Assembly: GCA_963712745.1 (NCBI GenBank)
Contig: CAVQJC010000015.1
Coordinates: 1 to 64,000, forward strand
Direction: 5' to 3'
Origin: an uncultured Chloroflexia bacterium
GTDB lineage: Bacteria; Chloroflexota; Limnocylindria; Limnocylindrales; CSP1-4
DNA: 64,000 nucleotides
In this document: in pieces, positions 47,770 to 56,359 of the stretch
Layout of the letters: each line of letters begins with the position of its first letter
Position numbering within the stretch: position 1 is the stretch's first letter
Notes under the pieces: model-generated
What the model saw: the letters and a program-made list of their open reading frames with translations, nothing else
What the model was told of the DNA's origin: nothing
Databases searched by the model: none
Position numbers and translations under genes: made by a program

Positions 47770-48552
47770 CTATTCTTCGGAGGCCTCGCCCTCGCCTGTC
47801 TCAGCCGTATCTTCGTCGGCCGTATCTTCGTCGGCCATGTCGGTTTGGCGGGTGAAGTAGAGCTGCCACTCGAGATCGCCCTCGTTCTCCACGGAGACGA
47901 CGATGGGTGCGGTCGGCATTGTCACGTCGTACGAGGTGAAGTCCAAGGGCAGGGCGCCCACGACCACGACCGTGTCGCCCACACGCTGACCGTCGAGGTC
48001 GAGCGTGACGTCCTGGCTCACGTCGCGGATGGTGAGGCTGCCGGGGAGCGAGGCACTGAAGGGTTCCTCGCCCGGCACAGCGCCCAAGTCGACCGCTTCG
48101 GTCGAGGTGAAGGTGGCGGTGGGAAAGTCGCCCGTGCCGAGCGCACGCTGGATGGCCGGATCTCGCCGGGAGCGGTCGCTGGTGATGGCCGTCAGGTCGG
48201 CCTCGATGACGGCGCTCTCGATGACGGTGCCCGAGACCTCGAGCTGGCCGCTGACCGCCGGCGTACGACCGACCGCCTCGACCTCACCGCCGGGGCTCAG
48301 GACCTCGTTGACGCGGAAGCCGACCCACGAGCTGGTGAAGTCGTCGAAGCTGCCGATGGACGCATCGAGGACCCAGGTGCCATCGATACCCTCGTCCGCC
48401 GCCTCCGCGTCCTGGGCGTAGGTCGTTCCGGAGACGCCCACGAGCAGCGCGGCACCGAGGGAAAAGGCGGCAGCGGGAAGAAGGAGTCGGTGCAGTGGCG
48501 ACACCACGGGGCGGACTCGGGCTTCGGCAGTTCGGACTCGGACCATGCTCAC
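47770..48552 (-). CDS. YceI family protein
   Basis: GTW.LD, VGFRVNE, SDRSRRD, FPTATF and GSLTIRDV motifs; signal peptide; acidic tail. Confidence 0.88.
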   Translation of the reverse strand: MSMVRVRTAEARVRPVVSPLHRLLLPAAAFSLGAALLVGVSGTTYAQDAEAADEGIDGTWVLDASIGSFDDFTSSWVGFRVNEVLSPGGEVEAVGRTPAVSGQLEVSGTVIESAVIEADLTAITSDRSRRDPAIQRALGTGDFPTATFTSTEAVDLGAVPGEEPFSASLPGSLTIRDVSQDVTLDLDGQRVGDTVVVVGALPLDFTSYDVTMPTAPIVVSVENEGDLEWQLYFTRQTDMADEDTADEDTAETGEGEASEE

Positions 48553-48693
48553 GTTCGGATCTCCTGTCAGGGGCGGTGGAGAGGCGGAGGATAGCGGCCA
48601 TCTGTGACGATGGCATCAACGCGGTGTAAGCAGGGCTGCTGCTGGTCGGTCGCCGCGCTCGACCCAACGACCCCGCGCTGCCAGACAGGCTGA

Positions 48694-49767
48694 TCAGCCC
48701 TCGCCCTGGGAGGGCAGCGGAGGCGGGACGCGCTCCAGCAGGTCGGACGACCATGGCGCAGGTGGCGGACTGATGAGACGGGCCATGCCGATGACGTGGG
48801 GCTCATAGGCCTTGCGCATCTTCACGAACTCCCGCCACGCTTCCTCGATATCGTCAACGACGGGGATGCCATCCGCCACCAGCCGCTCCACTTCGGTGTC
48901 GAAGTCCTCCCGCGTGAGAAGCGTGTAGCGCCCATCCCCACCGCTCGGCGCGACGTAGAAGAAGTGCCCGATCTCGGCAAGGGCCTCCAGGCCGGCCCGG
49001 TAGGTCATCTCTGCCCGCACCGAGAATGGTGCAGCCACAAGCGTGTTGCGGAGCACGGCTGCGTCGAGGATGGCCGTGGCCCCGGTCAGCCACGAGCGGT
49101 TGGCGCGAGGCGAGCGGAAGAAGTTGAGCGATGGTTCGGAGGTGTGAGTCTCGCCCAGCGTGATGAGCCAATGGCCCCATTCGACCCACATGTCATCGAG
49201 GCGCGTGGTATCGGCGATGCGCGTGAGATGGAGGACCAGGTCGGGGCCGTGCGCGACGCCGCCGCTCTTGATGCTGACGTCGGCGACGGTCACCTCACGA
49301 GTCGAGAAGAGGCCGTAGATCATGGGCAGGTACGAGATCAGCAGGGCCACCACGCCCAACCCCAGGATCGCAGCCAGGATGGCCAGTAGCGCGTGGACCC
49401 ATCCGAGCGGCGGCGCGAAGCCGAGGGTGGTGAACGATGAGCCCGCCAGCACGAACGATTCCCTGGCATCCAGGTCTCCGCTGGCCAGGAAGAGGAAGGT
49501 GAAGCCGCAGATGATGCCCGTGGCCCACGCGAGCGCCATGGCAAAGAGGCCCAGCGGCGCGTGCACGCTGAGCACGGTCTCGCGATCGAGGTGGGGCGTG
49601 TGCCTGGACAGCCAGAGCAGCAGTGATCGCAGGCCCAGGAAGATGGAGCGCGTCAGCGGGTCGAACGAGGCGCGCGGCAGGATGACGGTGCGGAAGGCCG
49701 AACCAAGCGAAACGACGATGAGCAGTACGCCGAGGAAGACTTCCGCGATCGCTACGACCAGGTCCAC
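48694..49767 (-). CDS. potassium-channel-like membrane protein
   Basis: SSFTTLGF pore-like motif, LLISYLP.IY..FS.RE, ETHTS.P.L.FFRSP...SW. Confidence 0.7.
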   Translation of the reverse strand: MDLVVAIAEVFLGVLLIVVSLGSAFRTVILPRASFDPLTRSIFLGLRSLLLWLSRHTPHLDRETVLSVHAPLGLFAMALAWATGIICGFTFLFLASGDLDARESFVLAGSSFTTLGFAPPLGWVHALLAILAAILGLGVVALLISYLPMIYGLFSTREVTVADVSIKSGGVAHGPDLVLHLTRIADTTRLDDMWVEWGHWLITLGETHTSEPSLNFFRSPRANRSWLTGATAILDAAVLRNTLVAAPFSVRAEMTYRAGLEALAEIGHFFYVAPSGGDGRYTLLTREDFDTEVERLVADGIPVVDDIEEAWREFVKMRKAYEPHVIGMARLISPPPAPWSSDLLERVPPPLPSQGEG

Positions 49768-49845
49768 CGGGAGAAGCCTGCCACGTTCAGCGCGAGCGCG
49801 GAAGGCGATACCGTAGGGTCATCGACACCCACAGGAGGCCCGCCG

Positions 49846-50439
49846 ATGGCGCGACTGGAACCCCTCTCACTCGACCAGGTCGAGGGCCTCGAAGAGGTCG
49901 AACGCACGTACCAGCGGACGCTCGGCTTCGTACCCAACGGACTGCGCATCATGGCCCGGCGCCCGCAGATCGTGCGAGGCTTCATCGCCCTTCGGCGGGC
50001 GGTGCTCGACCCGTCTTCGGGCACGGTCCCGGCGGAGCTCAAGAACCTCGTGGCTCACATCGCCAGCCGCACCCACGGCTGCCTGTACTGCCAGGCCCAT
50101 GCTCTGCAGGGAGCCGGTCGAGCCGGGGCCCAGCAGGCTCGGCTGGAGGCAGTCTGGGAATATCAGACGAGCGAGCTCTTCAGCGAAGCCGAGCGGGCTG
50201 CCCTGGACTTCGCGGTCCACGCCGCGTCGGTGCCCAACGCCGTCACCGACGAGGACTTCGAACGGCTTGCCGAACACTGGGACGAGGGCCAGGTCGTGGA
50301 GATCCTGGCGGCAGTATCGCTCTACGGCTTCCTCAACCGCTGGAACGATTCCCTCGCGACCCCGTTGGAGGAAGGCTCAGCGGAGTTCGCCGACGCCGCC
50401 ATCGGCGACCGGGGCTGGACGCGCGGCAAGCACGCCTGA
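49846..50439 (+). CDS. AhpD/CMD-family peroxidase-related protein
   Basis: GFVPN, HGCLYCQAH, ERAALDFA and GFLNRWND motifs. Confidence 0.88.
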   Translation: MARLEPLSLDQVEGLEEVERTYQRTLGFVPNGLRIMARRPQIVRGFIALRRAVLDPSSGTVPAELKNLVAHIASRTHGCLYCQAHALQGAGRAGAQQARLEAVWEYQTSELFSEAERAALDFAVHAASVPNAVTDEDFERLAEHWDEGQVVEILAAVSLYGFLNRWNDSLATPLEEGSAEFADAAIGDRGWTRGKHA

Positions 50440-50458
50440 GCGAGAGGCAGCGCCTGAC

Positions 50459-51292
50459 TCAGGCTGGGATGGAGGGCGCCTCCGTCGGCTGCGCAGGACG
50501 GGCCATCTCCTCGGACGTCATATGCACCTCCATGGCACCGGTCATGATGGCCACCGCCTCCGCCATCGTGTGCGACTGCGGCGATACCACCGCGATACGC
50601 CTGCCCAGACGCTGGATGTGGATGCGGTCGGCCACCTCGAACACGTGCGGCATGTTGTGGCTGATAAGGATCACCGGCAGACCCCGGTCGCGCACATCGC
50701 GGATGAGCTGGAGGACCTTCTGCGATTCCTTGACGCCAAGCGCTGCGGTCGGCTCGTCCATGATCACCACGTGCTGGCCGAACGCGGCGGCGCGTGCCAC
50801 GGCCACGCCCTGGCGCTGGCCACCCGACAACGTCTCCACGGCCTGGCCCATGTCCTGGATGGTCAGCAGCCCCAGATTGCTGAGCTCCTTTTTGGCCGCG
50901 TCACGCATGCCGCCAAGGTCCAGCATCCGCAGGTACTTGCCTCGCCAGTCCGACTTTCGGATTTCGCGGCCGAGGAAGAGGTTGTTGGCGATGTCCAGGG
51001 CTGGGCAGACCGCGAGGTTCTGGTAGACGGTCTGGATGCCGGCTGCCTGGGCGTCGTTCGGCTCGGTGAAGTGGACGAGCTTGCCGTCCAGCCGGATCTC
51101 GCCGCTGTCGGGGATGACCGCGCCACTGAAGCACTTGATGAGCGTGGACTTGCCGGCGCCGTTGTCGCCGATGACACCGAGCACCTCGCCGGGATAGAGC
51201 TCGAAGTCGGAGTGATCGATGGCCACCACCTTGCCATAGGTCTTGACCAGGTTCTTCGCCTGCAGCACCGGCTGCGGGAACGCGTCGGTCAC
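50459..51292 (-). CDS. frcA: sugar ABC transporter ATP-binding protein (FrcA-like)
   Basis: GDNGAGKST, LSGGQRQGVAVARA, DEPTAALGVKES and ISHNMPHVF motifs. Confidence 0.85.
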   Translation of the reverse strand: MTDAFPQPVLQAKNLVKTYGKVVAIDHSDFELYPGEVLGVIGDNGAGKSTLIKCFSGAVIPDSGEIRLDGKLVHFTEPNDAQAAGIQTVYQNLAVCPALDIANNLFLGREIRKSDWRGKYLRMLDLGGMRDAAKKELSNLGLLTIQDMGQAVETLSGGQRQGVAVARAAAFGQHVVIMDEPTAALGVKESQKVLQLIRDVRDRGLPVILISHNMPHVFEVADRIHIQRLGRRIAVVSPQSHTMAEAVAIMTGAMEVHMTSEEMARPAQPTEAPSIPA

Positions 51293-52372
51293 TTGCCTAC
51301 CCTCCGGATCCACTGGTCGAGCGCGACCGCGACGATGACAAGCACGCCGATGGAGAAGCGCTGCCACAAGGGGTCCAACCCCGCGATGGTCAGTCCATTC
51401 ACCGCCGTGCCCACGATGATGGCCCCGACGAGCGTCCCCAGCACGCCACCGCGTCCGCCGAACAGGCTGGTACCACCGATGACGACCGCGGTGATCGACT
51501 CGAGGTTCGCGAGCTGGAGGGCCTGGGGAGTCGCGGCACCCACGCGGCCGATCAGGAACCACGCGCCAAACGCGTAGATGAACCCGGCCGCCGCGTAGAC
51601 GCTGAGCAGGACGCGATCGACGCGAACGCCCGACAGGCGCGCCGAATTCGGGATCGTCACCGGTGGCATAGACGTGGCGTCCCCAGCCGGTGTACTTGAG
51701 GATGTACATCATGATCGCGTACATCACCAGCATCCCGATGGACCCGAGCGTGAAGCGGGTGCCCATGAACTCCAGCGGCTGGCCCGGCAAGGTCAGGACG
51801 TCGTGCATGTTGTTGCCCAGGACCGTCGCACTCCCCGACACGTAGAGATTGAGCGCGAAGAAGATGCTCAGCGTTCCCAGCGTGACGATGAAGGGCGGCA
51901 TCCGTAGCCTGGTGATGAGCAGGCCGTTCACCAGGCCACATGCGGTCCCGAACGCGAATCCGAAGGCCAGGGCCGCTATCCCCGCGAATGGCACATCGAG
52001 CAACTGGGTCGAGATATTGGCCATGACGGTCGCAGTGAAGACGGCGATGGCACCGACCGACAGGTCGATGCCGGCGGTCAGGATGATGATCGTCATACCG
52101 ATGGCCAGCGTGCCCACCACCGTCACCTGCGAGATGATCAGTGACATGTTGTACGGCTGGAGGAACCGTTCGGGCGCCACCAGACTGAAGCCGACCATCA
52201 TGGCGATGAGCACCATGAATGGGCCGAGGGCCGGGTACTTGTGAAGGGTGCGCTGGATGCGTTCGAGCAGGGTCGGCGGCCGGCGCTCCGCTTCGTCGAT
52301 CTCGCCCGACACCGCGGCGGCCGTGGCCTCCATCAGGGTCTCGTCCTGACCGCGGCGATCTGGCTCAGTCAT
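51289..52372 (-). CDS. frcC: sugar ABC permease (FrcC-like), +1 frameshift near 51646
   Basis: TAGIDLSVG, PPFIVTLG, WGRHVYATGDD; resumes as ARLSG...SITAVVIGGTSLFGGRG. Confidence 0.82.
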
Positions 52373-52472
52373 CGCAACTGTCCCTCACGCGTCTTGGAAC
52401 CTGAATGATAGGTAGTAAAACGGGGTGGCCGCTGGGCCACCCCGTTCGATGTTCTAGGCGACTAGGCTCCTC

Positions 52473-53543
52473 TTAGCCCCAGCACTCGCCCTGGGCCCAC
52501 GTGGAATCCTCGGAGCTGACACCCTCCTGGGGATCGTCCGTGATCAACTGGACGCCGGTGTTCACGAAGGGCAGACCCTCGGTCGGCTCGGGCAGGGCAC
52601 CGGTCTTCACGTAGTCGTAGACCGCCTGGACGCCCATGTCGGCCATACGCGCCGGGAACTGCATCGAAGTCGCGCCGATCTTGCCAGCGGCGACGTACTC
52701 GATGCCCGGGCTGCAGCCGCCGTCGACGGAGACGATGATCACGTCATCGGCCTTGCCGGCCGCGTCGAGCGCCTCATACGCGCCGGCAGCCGCCGGCTCG
52801 TTGATGGTGTACACGAGGTTGATGTCGGGGTTGGCGGCGAGCAGGTTCTCCATGGCCGTGCGACCCAGGAGCTGGTCGCCCTGCGACGCGCCGAAGCCGG
52901 CGATCCGCGGATCGTCCTCGTCACCGATGAAGGTGTTGTCCACGGGGTCGATGCCGAAGCCTTCCATGAAGCCCTGGTTGCGCTGGACCTCTGTGGTGAC
53001 CTGCAGCCCCTCGGATGAATCCAGGAAGGCGATGACGGCGTTCTCCGCGTCGTCGCCCATCTTGGCCTTGGCCCACTCGCCGATGAACAGGCCGGCCTGG
53101 TAGTTGTCGGTCGCGAGCGTCGCGTCGACCGCGTCAGGCGGGTTCGTCTGGGTGTCGAGGGCGATGGTCAGCATGCCCGCTTCCTTGGCCCGCTCGATGG
53201 TAGGCACGATAGCGTCGGGCACCGAGGGCGTGATCAGCAGACCGCTGGCGCCAGCGGCGATCAGGTTGTCGATACAGGCGACCTGGCCCTCGTTATCGGT
53301 GTCGATAGCTCCGGCGCATGCCGTGAAGTCGATCCCGAGCTCATCAGCCTTGACCTGGGCCCGGTCCCGCATCATCACGAAGAAGGGGTTGGTCTCGGTC
53401 TTGGTGATGAGGCCGACGAGGATGTCCTCGTCCGCCATCTCGTCCTGAGCGACCGCAGCAGTACCAGCGACCGAACTCATAGCCAGAGCCATTGCGCCAG
53501 CCAGAACGGTAAGCCGCGTTGCGCGGCGTCGATCAAAGGTCAT
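52473..53543 (-). CDS. frcB: sugar ABC substrate-binding protein (FrcB-like)
   Basis: GLITKTETNPFF, ATDNY, YTINEPAAAGA, SVDGGC and ECWG motifs. Confidence 0.85.
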   Translation of the reverse strand: MTFDRRRATRLTVLAGAMALAMSSVAGTAAVAQDEMADEDILVGLITKTETNPFFVMMRDRAQVKADELGIDFTACAGAIDTDNEGQVACIDNLIAAGASGLLITPSVPDAIVPTIERAKEAGMLTIALDTQTNPPDAVDATLATDNYQAGLFIGEWAKAKMGDDAENAVIAFLDSSEGLQVTTEVQRNQGFMEGFGIDPVDNTFIGDEDDPRIAGFGASQGDQLLGRTAMENLLAANPDINLVYTINEPAAAGAYEALDAAGKADDVIIVSVDGGCSPGIEYVAAGKIGATSMQFPARMADMGVQAVYDYVKTGALPEPTEGLPFVNTGVQLITDDPQEGVSSEDSTWAQGECWG

Positions 53544-53586
53544 CGCGTCAGCGTGCCTCCTCAATTGCCTCCTACGCTGCCTGTCT

Positions 53587-53598
53587 GACAACGTTGTC
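53587..53598. promoter_or_regulatory. LacI-type palindromic operator candidate
   Basis: Perfect GACAACGTTGTC with central CG, upstream of the sugar ABC operon. Confidence 0.6.
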
Positions 53599-53723
53599 TG
53601 CGAGCCTAGACCTTGGTGGAGACCCAACTCATCGCCCGTGGTTCGGGAGAAATCAGGCCCCGCGATGCGAGCTAGGCGCGGGGTCGTACGGCGATATCAG
53701 ACCATGGAGACACGGGTACAAGC

Positions 53724-54209
53724 ATGCTGATCGGGATCGATTGGGGTGGCACGAAGATCGAGGGCATCGCGATGTCCCCGGACGGCCAGGAGCTTCTTCG
53801 GATCCGCACCGACACACCCCGTGGGGACTACCGCGGCTGTCTGGACGCCATCGTGGATCTCGTCGCTCGACTCGAGCGCGAGACCGGAGTGACCGGCAGC
53901 ATCGGCATCGGCATCCCCGGATCACTCGAGCCTGACACCCGGCTCGGCAAGGGCGCGAGCTCGACCTGGCTCCTGGGGCGCCCGGTCGAAAAGGACCTGA
54001 CCGAGGCTCTTGGCCGCGAGCTCCGCGTCGAGAACGATGCTGACTGTCTCGCGGCCTCAGAGGCTCGCGATGGCGCCGGCGCCGGCTACAACGTCGTGTT
54101 CGCGGTCATCCTCGGGAGTGGCATCGGGGGTGGGGCCGGGAGGCTCGCGTACATCGCGAATCCCATAGCGGTGCGACTAGCTACCGGACATCATGGATCG
54201 AGGGACTAG
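53724..54209 (+). pseudogene. truncated ROK-family sugar kinase (fructokinase/Mak-like)
   Basis: GIDWGGTK, GIGIPG, ENDADC, ILGSGIGGG; homology ends near 54133 and the ExGH/Zn motifs are missing. Confidence 0.75.
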
Positions 54210-54222
54210 GAAGGCGGCACGA

Positions 54223-55017
54223 GTGACCAACGAGAACGTCGAAGCGCGACTCGAGTTCGGCCAGGATCTGATCGAGGAGGCGGCAGCCCTCGCGCTGCAG
54301 CATTTCTCCCGGGTCGGCTCGTTGACCATCACCAGGAAGGGCCAGCAGGACATGGCCAGCGAAGCAGATCTGGAGACCGAGGCGCTCATCCGCGACAGCC
54401 TGTCGCGACGATTCCCCGACGACGGCTTCCTGGGGGAAGAGTCCGGGAGAGCATCTGTCAGCGGCAACGCGGGAATCTGGGTCGTCGATCCGATCGATGG
54501 GACGCAGCCGTTCATCAACGGCATGGGCTCATGGTGCGTTTCCATCGCGCTCGTTTGGAACGGGATCGCTGAGCTGGGGTTCGTGGCAGCTCCGGCACTT
54601 GGAGAGCTGTACGTGGGCCGCCGTGGCCAGGGCGCCACGCTCAATGGCGAGCCGATCAGTGTCAGCACAGCCACGAGGCTCGATGCCGGTATCACGTACA
54701 CCGGCTACTCGCCGAGGATCGGACCCGACGATATCTTGCCCGTGTTCGACAGACTCCTGCGCCAGGGTGGCATGTTCTATCGCGACGGCTCGGGCACCCT
54801 CGACCTCTGCTACGTCGCGTGCGGACGGCTCATCGGGGCCGTAGAGCGCCACATGAACTCGTGGGATGCGCTCGCGGCGCTTACGATCATCGAGGCCGCC
54901 GGCGGCAAGATCAACGATTTCATGGCTAACGAGGGCCTCTGGGTAGGGAACCGTGTCGTGGCGGGCCCACCGGCCCTGTACCCCGCCCTGGAGGCCGTGC
55001 TCGAGGGTACCGTCTGA
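54223..55017 (+). CDS. inositol monophosphatase family protein
   Basis: GEES, WVVDPIDGT and WDALAA...EAGG motifs. Confidence 0.92.
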   Translation: MTNENVEARLEFGQDLIEEAAALALQHFSRVGSLTITRKGQQDMASEADLETEALIRDSLSRRFPDDGFLGEESGRASVSGNAGIWVVDPIDGTQPFINGMGSWCVSIALVWNGIAELGFVAAPALGELYVGRRGQGATLNGEPISVSTATRLDAGITYTGYSPRIGPDDILPVFDRLLRQGGMFYRDGSGTLDLCYVACGRLIGAVERHMNSWDALAALTIIEAAGGKINDFMANEGLWVGNRVVAGPPALYPALEAVLEGTV

Positions 55018-55098
55018 CCGACATCGCTACGGCCGCCGAAGGCCCCCTCCGGATGCCTGACCGGCCGGGACCGAACGCCGCCTGCTGACAAGCGTGTC

Positions 55099-55515
55099 CT
55101 ATGCGGTGATGCGCACGCCTTCGGCACTTGCGGCCCTGATGAGCGCCTTGTCCTCGGTGGCGAGCTCCCCGTCGATATCGAGCGCCAGGCTCAGGTAGGC
55201 CGCGTCGTACACGGTCAGGCGGTGGCGGTCTGCCAGCTCGACAGCGTCAAAGGCTCCAGAAAGACCCCTGTCGGCGACATCCACCCCAGCGGCAAAGAGC
55301 AGTCGTACCCGCGCGATTGCGTCCGCCGGCTCAAGCCCCACGCCGCGCAACAGTGCATTGGCGATCTCAACGCGGAAATGGGCCGGCGCCAGGATGACGG
55401 CGCCCGCGGCCTGCCAATCTGCCAGCCGATCTTGCCACCGCTCGTTGCCGATCAGCACCTCCACCATCGCAGAGGCGTCGACGACGACCGCGACTTGCCC
55501 CGAGGTCAGAGTCAT
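55099..55515 (-). CDS. vapC: VapC-family PIN toxin
   Basis: VVDASA, EIANAL, YDAAYL and LATED motifs. Confidence 0.9.
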   Translation of the reverse strand: MTLTSGQVAVVVDASAMVEVLIGNERWQDRLADWQAAGAVILAPAHFRVEIANALLRGVGLEPADAIARVRLLFAAGVDVADRGLSGAFDAVELADRHRLTVYDAAYLSLALDIDGELATEDKALIRAASAEGVRITA

Positions 55516-55523
55516 CGCGCCGA

Positions 55524-55826
55524 TCAGCCCGAGCCGCGCTGGCGACCGACGAGCGCGGAGCGACCGTCGCGCATCTCACGGACGACGGCACCGACGTCGA
55601 GGCCCGGCGGTACTGGCCGCAGCCGTGCCATACGCCGTATCTCGTCGAGCGCGGTGGCGCGGCGCAGGCGCTCCTGCTCCGGGTCCAGCGCACGCAAATC
55701 CTCGAGCGATACCAGGGCGGCGCGGGGTTGTCCCGCTCGTTCGATGACGATGCGCTCGCCCGCAGCCGCTTCATCGAGCAGTTCACCGAAGTGCTTGCGA
55801 ACGTCCAGCGCGGTCACGGTCTTCAC
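55524..55826 (-). CDS. Phd/YefM-family antitoxin
   Basis: KTVTALDVRKHFGELLDEA..GE...IER.G.P.A.LV; upstream of the toxin. Confidence 0.9.
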   Translation of the reverse strand: MKTVTALDVRKHFGELLDEAAAGERIVIERAGQPRAALVSLEDLRALDPEQERLRRATALDEIRRMARLRPVPPGLDVGAVVREMRDGRSALVGRQRGSG

Positions 55827-55849
55827 TCGACCATGATAGTCCTATGAGA

Positions 55850-55896
55850 GTCATATGACAACGAAAGCGATGTGGATGACAACGAAAGCGATGTGG
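55850..55896. repeat. 2x 21-bp tandem repeat plus GTCATATGAC palindrome in the TA promoter
   Basis: ATGACAACGAAAGCGATGTGG at 55855 and 55876. Confidence 0.85.
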
Positions 55897-55912
55897 CCGC
55901 GTGCAGACCGGT

Positions 55913-56101
55913 TCAGCGAACGGTGACCACGATCCACATGAGGGTGGCAAGCACGAAGGCGACGGCGGACGCACCCCGCAGCAGGGCACGGTTCGACCAC
56001 GGCCGGTCGCTGAAGCCACGAAACACGTAGAGCACGAACCCGACGGCGGCCAGGAGGCCGAGGTAGGCGACCAGCCACACCAGCAGTGTCTGTGCGATCA
56101 C
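55913..56101 (-). CDS. small hypothetical membrane protein
   Basis: 62 aa with two TM segments. Confidence 0.55.
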   Translation of the reverse strand: MIAQTLLVWLVAYLGLLAAVGFVLYVFRGFSDRPWSNRALLRGASAVAFVLATLMWIVVTVR

Positions 56102-56359
56102 GCCCCGATCGTGGCCCATCCGCGCCCGGGGCGCAGGTCGGGTCGGGGCTTCGACAAAGAACATCCCGGGCGTAGCCTCGTTTCGTCCCGCCCGACAGGC
56201 ACAGACGTTCTGGCGCCAGGACCCGGACACGAAGATCGAAGAGAACGTGATGCTCCCCTCCCCAGGTGCGCAAAGGCCAGGGCATGATCTGGCCCGGTGC
56301 GCCGCCAGAGGTCCCGGATGCGGCACTACAGGAGGCCGACCCACTGGACCGATTCCCGA

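Noticed and set aside
50459-52372. 637-aa permease-ATPase fusion
   Set aside because: Artefact of the frameshift near 51646; the true permease C-terminus is in another frame and ends overlapping the ATPase GTG.
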